A program made the translations under genes and the position numbers. Shown here in pieces: positions 15,263-27,219 of a DNA stretch of 64,000 nt (positions within the stretch are counted from its first letter, which is position 1; the number at the start of each line of letters is the position of its first letter). The stretch comes from an uncultured beta proteobacterium (GTDB taxonomy: Bacteria; Pseudomonadota; Gammaproteobacteria; Burkholderiales; Burkholderiaceae_C). The stretch spans positions 62,689 through 126,688 of the forward strand of contig CAWFCV010000016.1 of assembly GCA_963814435.1 (NCBI GenBank), read 5' to 3'. The notes under the pieces were generated by a model. The model was not told the DNA's origin. It did no database searches and saw nothing but the letters and a program-made list of their open reading frames with translations.

Positions 15263-16435
15263 GTGATGCGTTCGCTGTACCGTGACTTTTCCCTCAGTGC
15301 CGTCGTCGCCGGCTTCGTCGCGGTGCTGGTGGGCTACACCAGCTCGGTGGCGATCGTCTTCCAGGCGTCGCAGGCGGTGGGTGCGTCGCCGGCGCACACC
15401 GTGTCGTGGCTCTGGGCGTTGGGCCTGGGCATGGGCGTCACCAGCATCGCCTTGTCGTGGTTCTATCGCCAGCCGGTGCTCACCGCCTGGTCCACGCCCG
15501 GCGCGGCGCTGATCGCGGCCAGCAGCGGCGTTGGCCTGCCCGAGGCCGTCGGTGCGTTCGTCGTGTGCGCCGCCCTGTTGCTGCTCGCCGGCGCGACGCG
15601 CGCGTTCGAGCGCGTGATGGACCGCATCCCGCTGACGCTGTCCGCCGCGCTGCTGGCCGGCGTGCTGGCGCGCTTCGCGCTCGACGCGGCGCTGGCCACC
15701 CGCGACGCGCCGGCGCTGGTGGGCGCGATGGCGTTGGCCTACGTGCTCGGCCGCCGCTGCTGGCCGCGTTATGCGGTGCCCGGCGTGCTGGCAGCCGGCA
15801 TTGCGTGGGCCATGGCGCTCGGCAATCTGCACTGGCATGGCGTGGTGTGGGACTGGGCGACACCGTTGTGGACGGCGCCGGTGTTCAGCCTTTCGGCCAC
15901 CCTGGGCCTGGGCCTGCCGCTGTTCGTGGTGACGATGGCGTCGCAGAACCTGCCCGGTGTGGCCGCCCAGCGTGCCAGCGGCTACACGACACCGGTGTCA
16001 CCGCCCGTCGCAGTCACCGGATTCGCGTCGCTGCTGCTGGCGCCCGCTGGTGGTTATGCCTTCAACCTGGCGGCGATCACCGCCGCGATCTGCATGGGGC
16101 GCGAGGCGCATGACGACCCGGCAAGGCGCTATGTCGCGGCCATCGTGGCGGGCGTGTTCTACATCGGCCTGGGCCTGGCCGCCGGTGCGGTCGTCGCTCT
16201 GCTGGCGGTGTTTCCGCGCGAGCTGGTGCTCGCCGTGGCCGGGCTCGCGCTGCTGTCGACCATCGGCGCCGGGTTGAGCCAGGCGATGAAGGTCGAATCG
16301 CAGCGCGACGCCGCGATGGTGACCTTCATCGTCACGCTGTCGGGCCTGAGTTTCGGCGGCATCGCCTCGGCCTTCTGGGGCGTGGTTGCCGGCGTGCTGG
16401 CGATGGCTGTGCAACACTGGCGGCCAATTCGCTGA
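15263..16435 (+). CDS. benE: BenE-family benzoate membrane transport protein
   Basis: 390-aa polytopic ORF with VAGFVAVLVGYTSSVAIVFQA and TAWSTPGAALIA, typical of BenE. The start could be ATG 15266. Confidence 0.75.
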   Translation: MMRSLYRDFSLSAVVAGFVAVLVGYTSSVAIVFQASQAVGASPAHTVSWLWALGLGMGVTSIALSWFYRQPVLTAWSTPGAALIAASSGVGLPEAVGAFVVCAALLLLAGATRAFERVMDRIPLTLSAALLAGVLARFALDAALATRDAPALVGAMALAYVLGRRCWPRYAVPGVLAAGIAWAMALGNLHWHGVVWDWATPLWTAPVFSLSATLGLGLPLFVVTMASQNLPGVAAQRASGYTTPVSPPVAVTGFASLLLAPAGGYAFNLAAITAAICMGREAHDDPARRYVAAIVAGVFYIGLGLAAGAVVALLAVFPRELVLAVAGLALLSTIGAGLSQAMKVESQRDAAMVTFIVTLSGLSFGGIASAFWGVVAGVLAMAVQHWRPIR

Positions 16436-16446
16436 GCCGCCCTGCC

Positions 16447-17415
16447 ATGAAGCTGTTGTTCGTTGCCGACCCGCTGGAGTCGTTCAAGACCTACAAGGAC
16501 ACCACCTTCACGATGATGCGTGAGGCGGCGCGGCGCGGCCACGAGCTGTGGGCCTGCGAGAGCGCCGATCTGGTGTGGCGGCGCGGCGCGCGTGTGGTGG
16601 CGCGCGGCGCCCGGGCGATCACGCTGACCGGCGACGAACACGCCTGGTTCAATGAACTCACCCGCGCCGAACTCGCGCTGGCCGATGTGCACGCAGTGTT
16701 GATGCGCAAGGACCCGCCGTTCGACAGCGAGTACTTCTACGCCACCCACCTGCTGCAGCAGGCCGAACGCGAGGGTGCGCAGGTGTTCAACAAGCCAGCG
16801 TCGCTGCGCGACCATCCGGAGAAACTCGCGATCCTGGAGTTTCCGCAATTCATCGCGCCGACGCTGGTCACCCGCCACCCCGAGGCGGTGCGGGCCTTTC
16901 ATGCCGAGCATGGCGACATCATCCTGAAGCCGCTCGACGGCATGGGCGGCATGGGCATCTTCCGTGTCGCCGCCGATGGTCTGAACCTGGGCTCGATCGT
17001 CGAGACGCTCAATCATCACGGCACGACCACCGTGATGGTGCAGCAGTACCTGAGCGAAATCGCGCAGGGCGACAAGCGGGTGCTGGTGATCGGTGGCGAG
17101 CCCGTGCCGTATTGCCTGGCTCGCATTCCGCAGGGCAGCGAGATCCGCGGCAACCTGGCCGCCGGCGGCAAGGGCGTGGCGCGACCGCTGTCGGCGCGCG
17201 ACCACGAGATCGCCGCGTCGCTCGGCGCCACGCTGGTGTCGCGCGGGCTGCTGCTGATCGGGCTGGACATCATCGGCGACAAACTCACCGAGATCAACGT
17301 CACCAGCCCGACCTGTTTTCGCGAGATCACCGACCAGACCGGCTTCGACGTCGCGCGCGTGTTCATCGACGCGCTCGAGCGCGCGCTGGCGGCGCGCGCC
17401 GGCGCGCGCGGGTGA
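16447..17415 (+). CDS. gshB: Glutathione synthase (ATP-grasp)
   Basis: 322 aa, MKLLFVADPLESFKTYKDTTFTMMREAARRGHEL.., GDIILKPLDGMGGMGIF, GLDIIGDKLTEINVTSPT. Confidence 0.92.
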   Translation: MKLLFVADPLESFKTYKDTTFTMMREAARRGHELWACESADLVWRRGARVVARGARAITLTGDEHAWFNELTRAELALADVHAVLMRKDPPFDSEYFYATHLLQQAEREGAQVFNKPASLRDHPEKLAILEFPQFIAPTLVTRHPEAVRAFHAEHGDIILKPLDGMGGMGIFRVAADGLNLGSIVETLNHHGTTTVMVQQYLSEIAQGDKRVLVIGGEPVPYCLARIPQGSEIRGNLAAGGKGVARPLSARDHEIAASLGATLVSRGLLLIGLDIIGDKLTEINVTSPTCFREITDQTGFDVARVFIDALERALAARAGARG

Positions 17416-17424
17416 CCTGACGCG

Positions 17425-19304
<1,880 letters not shown>

Positions 19305-19308
<4 letters not shown>

Positions 19309-20210
19309 CGCACGCCATCCCGGCGCGCGCCCTGGTGCTGCTGGCGATCCTGACGTTGCTGTGGGGCACCAACTGGCCGCTGTTTCCGCTGGCCACGCGC
19401 GAGGTGTCGGTGTGGACCTTTCGCGCCGTCGCAGTGTTCGTCGCCGGGGCGACGCTGCTGGCGGTGGCGCGCCTGCGCGGCCAGTCGCTGGTGATTCCGC
19501 GCCGCCACTGGCGCACGATCGCCACCGCGACCTTCTTCTACCTCGTGATCTGGAACATCGCCAGCACCTACTCGGCGCTGTTGATCCCGTCGGGGCAGTC
19601 GGCGGTGCTGGGCTTCACGATGCCGCTGTGGTCGGCGCTGATCTCCTGGGCCGTGCTCGGCGAACGGCTGAGCGGGCGCTTGCTGATGGCCATCGCGCTC
19701 GGCGGCGCCAGCGTGGCGCTGCTGATGTCGCGCAGCTTCGGCGCCTACGCGCAGGCGCCGCTCGGACTGCTGCTCGGACTGCTGGCCGGCCTGGGCTGGG
19801 CCATCGGCACGCTGATCCTGCAACGCGGACGGGTCGAAGTGCCGGCGACGGTGCTGACCGGCTGGCAGCTGCTGATCACCGCGTTGCCGACGACGATCGG
19901 CGCACTCGTGTTCGGCGACGGCGCGTGGTTCATGCCGTCGTGGTCGTCGATCCTGGTGATCGGCTACATCGCGCTGGTGCCGATGTGCATCGGCAACCTG
20001 TGCTGGTTCTCGATCGTCGGGCTGCTGCCGGCCAACGTGGCCGGCCTGTCGTCGATCCTGGTGCCGGTGGTGGCGATGATCTCCGGCGCGCTGATGCACG
20101 GCGAGCCGCTCGGTCCGGTGCAGTGGCTGGCGATGGCGTGCTGCGTCGGTGCGCTGTCGCTGGTGATGCTCAAACCGACCAGGCCGGCGTTGCCTGCCGA
20201 CACGGCCTGA
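19305..20210 (+). CDS. EamA/DMT-family transporter
   Basis: 301 aa, ten predicted TM helices in two EamA-like halves. ATGA start/stop overlap with uup. Confidence 0.8.
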
Positions 20211-20222
20211 CGCGCCCGCGCC

Positions 20223-20972
20223 TCACCAGCGGCTGCGCAGCCAGCCGTCGGACGACGACGCCGCAGGGTGCGTGCGGCTGACGATCAGGCCGCCTTGCAG
20301 GTACAGCGCATTCAACAGGCGCATCGCGCGCTCGCGGTCCAGGCCCGGCCATTCGGCCATCTCGCGCAGATTGCAGGTGCGCCGGCGCAGGCGTTCGATC
20401 GCCACCGTCAGGATGCTCGGCATGTCCAGTCCGCGCAGGTTCACGCCCGGCGCGACGCGATAGGCGGCGGTGCCGGCGATCTCGGGCAACAGCAGATCGC
20501 GCGCGCCGCGCAATGCCATCTCCCACATCAGCGGCGACAGCGGCGAATAGTGCTCCAGCTCGCCGACCAGTGCGCGCTCGCGATGCCCGGGCGTGCGCAA
20601 CAGCGCGGGTTCGACCTGCAGCACCTGCAGTTCGCTCAGGCGGCTGGCCAGGAACTGCGGCATCGGCACGGCACAGTGCACCAGGCGTTCCGACGGGAAC
20701 AGCGTCAGCGGCACCACGCGGTCGGCCCACTGGAGGTTGACCGTCAGCGGCCGTGCATGGCGCAGGCAGGCGGCCAGCACGTCGAGCACTTCGCTTTGCT
20801 TGCCGTGGCGTTCGAAGCGCTCCAGGTCCTGCAGCAGCGACGGGCTGAGCGACGACAGCCGCGTCGAGCCGGAATCGACGCTGCCGACGCGAACCAGGTC
20901 GTCGAGGTAACGCTGGAAGGCGCTGACCCGCATCAGATCGGGCTCGCCAAAAGGCAGGGTGGACTGGAACAT
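20223..20972 (-). CDS. Hypothetical cytoplasmic protein, no family recognised
   Basis: 249-aa ORF with ordinary coding composition. It fills the gap between two confident genes. No motif I can name. Confidence 0.55.
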   Translation of the reverse strand: MFQSTLPFGEPDLMRVSAFQRYLDDLVRVGSVDSGSTRLSSLSPSLLQDLERFERHGKQSEVLDVLAACLRHARPLTVNLQWADRVVPLTLFPSERLVHCAVPMPQFLASRLSELQVLQVEPALLRTPGHRERALVGELEHYSPLSPLMWEMALRGARDLLLPEIAGTAAYRVAPGVNLRGLDMPSILTVAIERLRRRTCNLREMAEWPGLDRERAMRLLNALYLQGGLIVSRTHPAASSSDGWLRSRW

Positions 20973-20994
20973 GGGGATGTGAATCCGAATGTTA

Positions 20995-22467
20995 CTAGCC
21001 CGAAGACCCTTTGTAACCGTCGTCTCGGGAATTGCGCAATCCGCGCAGATCGTCTCTGACGCGTTCGAAGGCGCGCCAGAAGCGCGCGTCCTGTGCGCTG
21101 GCGAAGTTCACCCGCATCAGCGTTCCCGGGCGCGGCTCGGCGAAGAACAGACGCCCCGGTGCGATCAGCCAGCCCTCGGCGGCCAGGCGCTCGGCCAGCG
21201 CCTCGGTGTCGACTCCGGTGTCGAGCCAGCCGAACAGACCTTGTGGTTCGGCCACGAAGCGGCAGCCGGCGTCCTGCGCCAGCCGGACCACTCGGGTGCG
21301 CGAGGCGGCCAGGCGGCCGGTCACGCGTTCGGCATGGCGGCGCAGCAGCCCCTGCTCGAGGCACCAGGCCACCGCACGCTCGAGGATGGCGGGGGTGGTC
21401 AGCGAACACAGCAGCTTGGTGTCGATGAAGCGGTCGACCAGCGCGCGCGGCGCCGCCAGCGCACCCACCCGCCAGTTCGGCGCCAGGATCTTGGAAAAGC
21501 CGGTCACGTACACCGTGCGTTGCAGGCCGTCGAGCGCGGCCAGCCGCGGCGCATGCGCCGGTGCCAGCCAGGCGTAGGTGTCGTCCTCGACGATGATCAG
21601 GTCCGCGGCCTCGGCCAGCTGCAATACCTGGTGCGCCGCGGCCAGCGACAGCGATGCACCCGTGGGGTTGTGCAGCACCGACACCGTGACGTACAGGCGC
21701 GGCCGGTGCTCCGCGACCATCTTGCGCATCAACGCCACGTCGGGCCCGAGCGGGCCGCGCGGCACGGGCAGCAGCCGCATGCCCAGGCGCGTGAGCCGGG
21801 CGTGCTCGACCACCCAGCCGGGTTCGTCGACCAGCACTGCGTCGCCGGGCGACAGCAGCGTGCGCGCGACGATGTCCAGCGCGTGCGTGGCGCCCACCGA
21901 AGTGACCAGCTGCTCGGGGCCGCAGGCGATGCCGAGTTCGTGGGTCAGCCGCCGCGCCAGCGCGGCGCGCAGCGACGAATCGCCGGCCGGCTCGCCATAC
22001 CGCAGCGCGTCGTTCACATCGGTCATCGCGCGGCGCAGCGCTCGTTGCAGCAATGGCGCGTCGAGCCAGGTCTCGGGCAGGGTGCCCTGGCCCGGTCCGG
22101 GCAGCGAGGCCCGGGTGCGGAACATGCCGCGGATCAGCGCGGCCGCATCCAGTGGGGCGGGCAGTGCCAGTGGTGGCTCGCTGCGCGGCGCCGTCGCCGG
22201 TGCCACCGCCGAAGGGCGGACGTAGAAACCGCGCTGACGCCGCGCCTCGACCAGCCCCTGCGCCTGCAGTCGGTCGTACGCCGCCACCACCGTGCTCGGG
22301 CTCACGCCATGGGCCCGCGCGCATTCGCGCACCGATGGCAAGCGCGCGCCGGGCTGCAGGGCCCGCTGGCCGATGCGCTGCGCATAGTGCAGCGCCAGCT
22401 GTTCGCCCAGGGTGCCGCCGGGGCCGGGCGGCCCCGACGTGACGGGCGGGATGGTGGGGGCGTGCAT
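20995..22467 (-). CDS. MocR-type regulator (GntR wHTH fused to a fold-type I aminotransferase-like domain)
   Basis: Start at internal ATG 22467 of ORF 20995..22812. N-terminal LPSVRECARAHGVSPSTVVAAYDRLQAQGLV HTH, then an aminotransferase fold with the PLP-lysine motif GFSKILAPNWRVG. Confidence 0.9.
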   Translation of the reverse strand: MHAPTIPPVTSGPPGPGGTLGEQLALHYAQRIGQRALQPGARLPSVRECARAHGVSPSTVVAAYDRLQAQGLVEARRQRGFYVRPSAVAPATAPRSEPPLALPAPLDAAALIRGMFRTRASLPGPGQGTLPETWLDAPLLQRALRRAMTDVNDALRYGEPAGDSSLRAALARRLTHELGIACGPEQLVTSVGATHALDIVARTLLSPGDAVLVDEPGWVVEHARLTRLGMRLLPVPRGPLGPDVALMRKMVAEHRPRLYVTVSVLHNPTGASLSLAAAHQVLQLAEAADLIIVEDDTYAWLAPAHAPRLAALDGLQRTVYVTGFSKILAPNWRVGALAAPRALVDRFIDTKLLCSLTTPAILERAVAWCLEQGLLRRHAERVTGRLAASRTRVVRLAQDAGCRFVAEPQGLFGWLDTGVDTEALAERLAAEGWLIAPGRLFFAEPRPGTLMRVNFASAQDARFWRAFERVRDDLRGLRNSRDDGYKGSSG

Positions 22468-22489
22468 CGCTGTGTGGCTTGCTCGGGCG

Positions 22490-22533
22490 ATACAGATGAT
22501 CGATCTGTGCTGGCAAGTGTACTGAATCTGTAT
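22490..22533 (+). promoter_or_regulatory. Candidate MocR operator in the divergent intergenic region
   Basis: ATACAGAT (22490-97), ATCTGT (22503-08) and ATCTGTAT (22526-33) form an inverted plus direct repeat set between the mocR-like gene and the operon start at 22557. Confidence 0.3.
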
Positions 22534-22556
22534 TGCCATTGGGTCTAGACTGAACC

Positions 22557-23513
22557 ATGCCCGCGCCATCCACCGCCGCCCGCCTCGAGGCCGTACCGCG
22601 CCGCGACCGGGTCGGCGACGACCTGCGCCGTGGCCTGGTCTTCGGGCTGATCGGCGTGGCGGTGTTCGCGCTGACGATCCCGATGACGCGTCTGGCCAGT
22701 GGCAGCGCCCAGGCGCCGCAGCTGTCCGCCGTGTTCGTCGCCGTCGGCCGGGCCGCGCTGGCCGGTCTGTTGGCCGCGGCCTACCTGATGGCTTGTCGCG
22801 CACCCTGGCCAAGCGCGTCGCAGTGGCGCCAAGTGGCGCTCACGGCGGTGGGCATCGTGTTCGGCTTTCCGCTCTTTATGGGCTGGGCGGTGCTGCATGT
22901 CGATGCGGTGCATGCGTCGGTGGTGACCGGCATCCTGCCGCTGGTGACGGCGGTGATGGCGGCCTGGATGCTGCGCCAGCCGCAGCGCCCCTCGTTCTGG
23001 CTGTGCGCCATGCTGGGCACGCTGCTGGTGATCGCCTTCGCCTGGTGGCGCGGCGGCGCCTCGCTGCAGATCGGCGATGCGCTGCTGCTGGTGGCGCTGG
23101 TGCTCGGCGCGCACGGCTACGTGTGCGGGGCGCGCCTGTCGGCCACGATGGCGCCGGAGCAGGTGGTGTCGTGGGTGCTGGTGCTCGCGCTGCCAGTCAC
23201 GCTGCCGGTCGCCTGGGCGGCCTGGCCCGACGGGCCGGTTCGCACCACGTCGTGGCTGGGCTTCGGGTACGTGGCCCTGTTTTCGATGTGGCTCGGCTTC
23301 TTCGCCTGGTACCGCGGACTGGCGCTCGGTGGTACGGTGCGGGTGAGCCAGGTGCAGCTGCTGCAGCCGTTCCTGTCGGTGCTGGCCGCGGTGCCGATCC
23401 TCGGCGAATCGCTCGACGGGACGACGCTGCTGTTCCTGCTGGCGGTGATGATCGTGGTCTTCGTGTCGCGCCGGCTGGCGCGCACGACGCCGAAACAAGG
23501 AAGCCCATCATGA
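22557..23513 (+). CDS. EamA/DMT-family transporter, first gene of the MocR-divergent operon
   Basis: 318-aa polytopic ORF. ATGA overlap with the next gene. Confidence 0.8.
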   Translation: MPAPSTAARLEAVPRRDRVGDDLRRGLVFGLIGVAVFALTIPMTRLASGSAQAPQLSAVFVAVGRAALAGLLAAAYLMACRAPWPSASQWRQVALTAVGIVFGFPLFMGWAVLHVDAVHASVVTGILPLVTAVMAAWMLRQPQRPSFWLCAMLGTLLVIAFAWWRGGASLQIGDALLLVALVLGAHGYVCGARLSATMAPEQVVSWVLVLALPVTLPVAWAAWPDGPVRTTSWLGFGYVALFSMWLGFFAWYRGLALGGTVRVSQVQLLQPFLSVLAAVPILGESLDGTTLLFLLAVMIVVFVSRRLARTTPKQGSPS

Positions 23514-24715
23514 CGGCATGGACCCAGGCGCGGCGCGCCGCGCGCATGAACCCTTCGATGATCCGCGAGATCCTCAAGCTGACCGAAAAGTCCGGCGTGC
23601 TGTCGATGGCCGGCGGGCTGCCGTCGCCCGACACCTTTCCGGTCGAACCGATCCGCGCCGCCTGCGACAAGGTGCTGCGCGAGGCGCCGCGCGAGGCGCT
23701 GCAATATGCGGCCAGCGAAGGCTTCACGCCGTTGCGTGAATGGGTGGCCACGCACCTCGGCAGGCAGGGCCTCGCGGTCGGTGCCGATCAGGTGCTGATC
23801 ACCACCGGGTCGCAGCAAGGGCTCGATCTGGCTGGCAAGGTGCTGATCGATGCCGGGGCGCCGGTGGCGGTGGAGTCGCCCACCTACCTCGGTGCGCTGA
23901 TGGCCTTCAATCCGTTCGAGCCGAACTTCGTCGCACTGGCCGGCGACGACGATGGCCCGCTGCCGGCGGCATTCGAGGCGCTGCGCCACGACGCGCCGGG
24001 CACGCGTTTCGCCTACCTGCTGCCGAATTTCCAGAACCCGACCGGCCGCGTGGTGCCGGCCGAGCGGCGCGCGAGCATCGTGCGCGCCGCTCAGTCGGCG
24101 GGCGTGCCGATCGTCGAGGACAACCCATATGGCGACCTGTGGTTCGACGAGCCACCGCCCGCGTCGCTGTCCTCGCTCTGGCCCGAGGGCTGCCTGTACC
24201 TCGGTTCCTTTTCGAAGGTGCTGGCCCCCGGCTTCCGGTTGGGCTATCTGGTCGCGCCGCGCGCGTTGTACCCGAAGCTGCTGCAGGCCAAGCAGGCCAG
24301 CGACCTGCACACGCCGGGCTTCAACCAGCGCGTGGTCTACGAGGTCGTTCGCGATGGCTTCCTCGACACCCACGTGCCGACGATCCGAGCACGCTACCGC
24401 ACGCAGCGCGATGCGATGGCGCGGGCGTTGCGCCACCACATGCCCGCGGGCGCGACCTGGCACGCGCCCCGGGGCGGCATGTTCTTCTGGCTGCGCCTGC
24501 CCGAAGGCCTCGACGCGCTGGCACTGCTGCCGCGAGCGGTCGAGGCCGGCATGGCCTACGTGCCGGGCGCGCCGTTCTATGCCCATGCGTGCGACCCGCG
24601 AACCCTGCGCCTGAGCTTCGTGACCTTGACCCCCGAGGACATTGCCGACGGCATCGCCGCGCTGGGCCGCGTGGTGCACGAGGAACTCGAGCAGCAGGCC
24701 CAGGTGGCGCCGTGA
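23510..24715 (+). CDS. PLP-dependent aminotransferase, class I/II (2-aminoadipate/aromatic aminotransferase-like)
   Basis: ATG 23510 inside ORF 22793..24715, 401 aa. MNPSMIREILKL, NFQNPTG, PLP-lysine motif SFSKVLAPGFRLGY. Confidence 0.85.
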   Translation: MTAWTQARRAARMNPSMIREILKLTEKSGVLSMAGGLPSPDTFPVEPIRAACDKVLREAPREALQYAASEGFTPLREWVATHLGRQGLAVGADQVLITTGSQQGLDLAGKVLIDAGAPVAVESPTYLGALMAFNPFEPNFVALAGDDDGPLPAAFEALRHDAPGTRFAYLLPNFQNPTGRVVPAERRASIVRAAQSAGVPIVEDNPYGDLWFDEPPPASLSSLWPEGCLYLGSFSKVLAPGFRLGYLVAPRALYPKLLQAKQASDLHTPGFNQRVVYEVVRDGFLDTHVPTIRARYRTQRDAMARALRHHMPAGATWHAPRGGMFFWLRLPEGLDALALLPRAVEAGMAYVPGAPFYAHACDPRTLRLSFVTLTPEDIADGIAALGRVVHEELEQQAQVAP

Positions 24716-24744
24716 TCGCGGCGGCGCGATCCGGGGCCGGGACG

Positions 24745-25704
24745 ATGATGCTCACGCTCGACGAACTGCGCGCGGCCGCGTCGCTGGTGCACGCGCACCT
24801 GCCGCCGACACCGCAATACGACTGGCCGCTGCTGCAGGGCCGGGCCGGTGCGCAACTGTGGGTCAAGCACGAGAACCACACGCCGGTGGGCGCCTTCAAG
24901 ATCCGCGGCGGCATCGTCTATGTCGAGCGGCTGCTGGCCGACGGGCCGCGGCCGCGCGGGCTGGTCAGCGCCACCCGCGGCAACCACGGCCAGTCCATCG
25001 CCTACGCCGCGCGACAGCATGCGCTGCCGGTCACGATCTTCGTGCCGCACGGCAACAGCCGCGAGAAGAACGCGGCCATGCGCGCGCTGGGCGCCGAGCT
25101 GGTCGAGGCCGGCAGCGACTTCCAGGCATCGCGCGAGCAGGCGCAAGGGTTCGCTGCCGAGCGCGGCTGGCACATGGTGCCGTCGTTCCACCGCGACCTC
25201 GTCGCCGGCGTCGCGAGCTACGCGCTCGAGCTGTTCGACGCCGTGACGGCGCTGGACACGGTGTATGTGCCGATCGGCCTGGGCTCGGGCGCCTGCGGCC
25301 TGATCGCGGCGCGCGACGCACTCGGCTTGTCGACGCAGATCGTCGGCGTGGTCTCCGAGGGGGCGCCGACCTACGCCTTGTCGCTGGCGGCCGGACATGC
25401 GGTGCCGCACGAGGTCACCACGTGGCTGGGCGACGGCATGGCGTGTCGGGTGCCCGAGCCGCAGGCGCTCTCGGCGCTGAAGCAGGGCCTGGCGCGGGTG
25501 GTGTCGGTCAGCGACGACGAACTCGCGCGCGCGATGCGCGTGATCTACGAATGCACCCACCAGGTGGCCGAAGGCGCCGGCGCGGCCGCGCTGGCCGCCG
25601 CCAGCCAGGAGCGCGAGCGGCTGCAGGGCCAGCGCGTGGCGGTGGTGTGCAGTGGCGGCAATGTCGACCGTGATGTCTACGCGCGCATCCTGCTGCAGGA
25701 ATGA
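24745..25704 (+). CDS. PLP-dependent threonine/serine dehydratase family enzyme (fold type II)
   Basis: ATG 24745 inside ORF 23740..25704. An alternative GTG at 24712 overlaps the upstream stop. HENHTPVGAFKIRGG PLP-lysine motif, ATRGNHGQS, GLGSGACG. Confidence 0.8.
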   Translation: MMLTLDELRAAASLVHAHLPPTPQYDWPLLQGRAGAQLWVKHENHTPVGAFKIRGGIVYVERLLADGPRPRGLVSATRGNHGQSIAYAARQHALPVTIFVPHGNSREKNAAMRALGAELVEAGSDFQASREQAQGFAAERGWHMVPSFHRDLVAGVASYALELFDAVTALDTVYVPIGLGSGACGLIAARDALGLSTQIVGVVSEGAPTYALSLAAGHAVPHEVTTWLGDGMACRVPEPQALSALKQGLARVVSVSDDELARAMRVIYECTHQVAEGAGAAALAAASQERERLQGQRVAVVCSGGNVDRDVYARILLQE

Positions 25705-25708
25705 ACCG

Positions 25709-26542
25709 ATGCAACGCCGCTTCTCGCAACTCGACGTGTTCACGAACCAGCCGCTGCGCGGCAACCCGCTGGCGGTGGTGCACGATGCCGGTGGCCTGAG
25801 CGACGCGCAGATGGCCGCGTTCGCACGCTGGACCAACCTGTCGGAGACGACCTTTCTGCTGCCGCCGACCGACCTCGCGGCCGACTACCATGTGCGCATC
25901 TTCACCCCCGGCGGCGAGCTGCCGTTTGCGGGGCACCCCACGCTCGGCAGCTGCCACGCGTGGCTCGCGGCGGGTGGCCGCGCGAAGCAGCTAGGCCAGG
26001 TGGTGCAGCAATGCGGCGTCGGCCTGGTGCGCATCCGGCGCGACGGCGCGCGGCTGGCCTTCGCGGCGCCGCCGCTGCGCCGCAGCGGCGCCGTGGCGGC
26101 GACGATCCGCGCCCAGGTGGCGCGCAGCCTGCGCTTGCCCGATTCGGCGCTGCGCGCGCTGCAATGGGTCGACAACGGGCCGGGTTGGATCGGCGTGCTG
26201 CTGGCCGATGCCGCCGCGGTGCTGGCCGTCCAGCCCGACTTCGCCGCGATGGGCGATCTGAAGGTCGGCGTCGTCGGCGCCCATCCCACCGGCAGCGAGT
26301 GCCAGTTCGAGGTGCGCGCGTTCGTGCCGGCGCTGTCGGTGCCGGAAGACCCGGTGACGGGCAGCCTGAACGCCGGACTTGCGCTGTGGCTGATCGGCGC
26401 GGGCCTGGCGCCACCGTCGTACCTCGCCAGCCAGGGCACGGCGCTCGGCCGCGCTGGCCGCGTGTTCGTGCAGCGCATCGGCGACGACACCTGGATCGGC
26501 GGCGACGTCTGCGCGGTGGTGGCCGGTACAGTCACACTGTGA
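25709..26542 (+). CDS. PhzF-family isomerase-like protein
   Basis: 277 aa from ATG 25709. FSQLDVFTNQPLRGNPLAVV, LSETTFL, FAGHPTLGS, EDPVTGS. Confidence 0.85.
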   Translation: MQRRFSQLDVFTNQPLRGNPLAVVHDAGGLSDAQMAAFARWTNLSETTFLLPPTDLAADYHVRIFTPGGELPFAGHPTLGSCHAWLAAGGRAKQLGQVVQQCGVGLVRIRRDGARLAFAAPPLRRSGAVAATIRAQVARSLRLPDSALRALQWVDNGPGWIGVLLADAAAVLAVQPDFAAMGDLKVGVVGAHPTGSECQFEVRAFVPALSVPEDPVTGSLNAGLALWLIGAGLAPPSYLASQGTALGRAGRVFVQRIGDDTWIGGDVCAVVAGTVTL

Positions 26543-27219
26543 ACGCGCACATCGACCACCTCGTCGTCGTCGCCGACTCGCTGGGGCAGGGTGCCGCGTG
26601 GTGCGAGGCGACACTCGGCGTCGCGCCGTCGGGCGGCGGCGCACATCCGTTGATGGGCACGCACAATCGCCTGCTGTCGATCGGCGGCGCGGCATTCGAG
26701 CGCTGCTATCTGGAAATCATCGCCATCGACCCGGCCGCCGCGGCGCCGCCGCGGCCACGCTGGTTCGGCATGGACCAGCCCGCGTTGCGCGAGGCCGCGC
26801 GCTTGAAGCCCCGGTTCGTGCACGCCGTGGCCCGCACGACGAACGCCGAGATGCTGCGCTGGGGCCTGATCAACTGCCGGCTCGACCCGGGCACCTTGAT
26901 CGCCGCACAGCGCGACACCGCGCATGGCCGGCTGAGCTGGCGCATCACGGTGCGCGACGACGGCGCGACCGCGTGCGACGGCGCGCTGCCGACCCTCATC
27001 GAATGGCTGGGGCCGCACCCCTGCGACCACATGCCGGCATCGCCGGCGACGCTGAGCGGGTTCTCGCTGCGCGGCATCCCGCCTCGGGCGCGCGAGGTGC
27101 TGCGGCTGGCTGGCGTGGAGACCGAGCGCGACGACGGGCCGGCGCTGCGTGCCACGCTGCAGACGCCGCGTGGCACGGTCACGCTGGATTCATGGGCCGC
27201 AGGCGAGGGCGAGTCATGA
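26539..27219 (+). CDS. Glyoxalase-like / VOC-superfamily domain protein
   Basis: GTG 26539 (GTGA overlap with the phzF-like stop) inside ORF 25960..27219. IDHLVVVADSLGQGAAWCEATLGV...GTHNRLLSIGG..YLEIIAIDP resembles glyoxalase-like domain proteins. Confidence 0.6.
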   Translation: MNAHIDHLVVVADSLGQGAAWCEATLGVAPSGGGAHPLMGTHNRLLSIGGAAFERCYLEIIAIDPAAAAPPRPRWFGMDQPALREAARLKPRFVHAVARTTNAEMLRWGLINCRLDPGTLIAAQRDTAHGRLSWRITVRDDGATACDGALPTLIEWLGPHPCDHMPASPATLSGFSLRGIPPRAREVLRLAGVETERDDGPALRATLQTPRGTVTLDSWAAGEGES

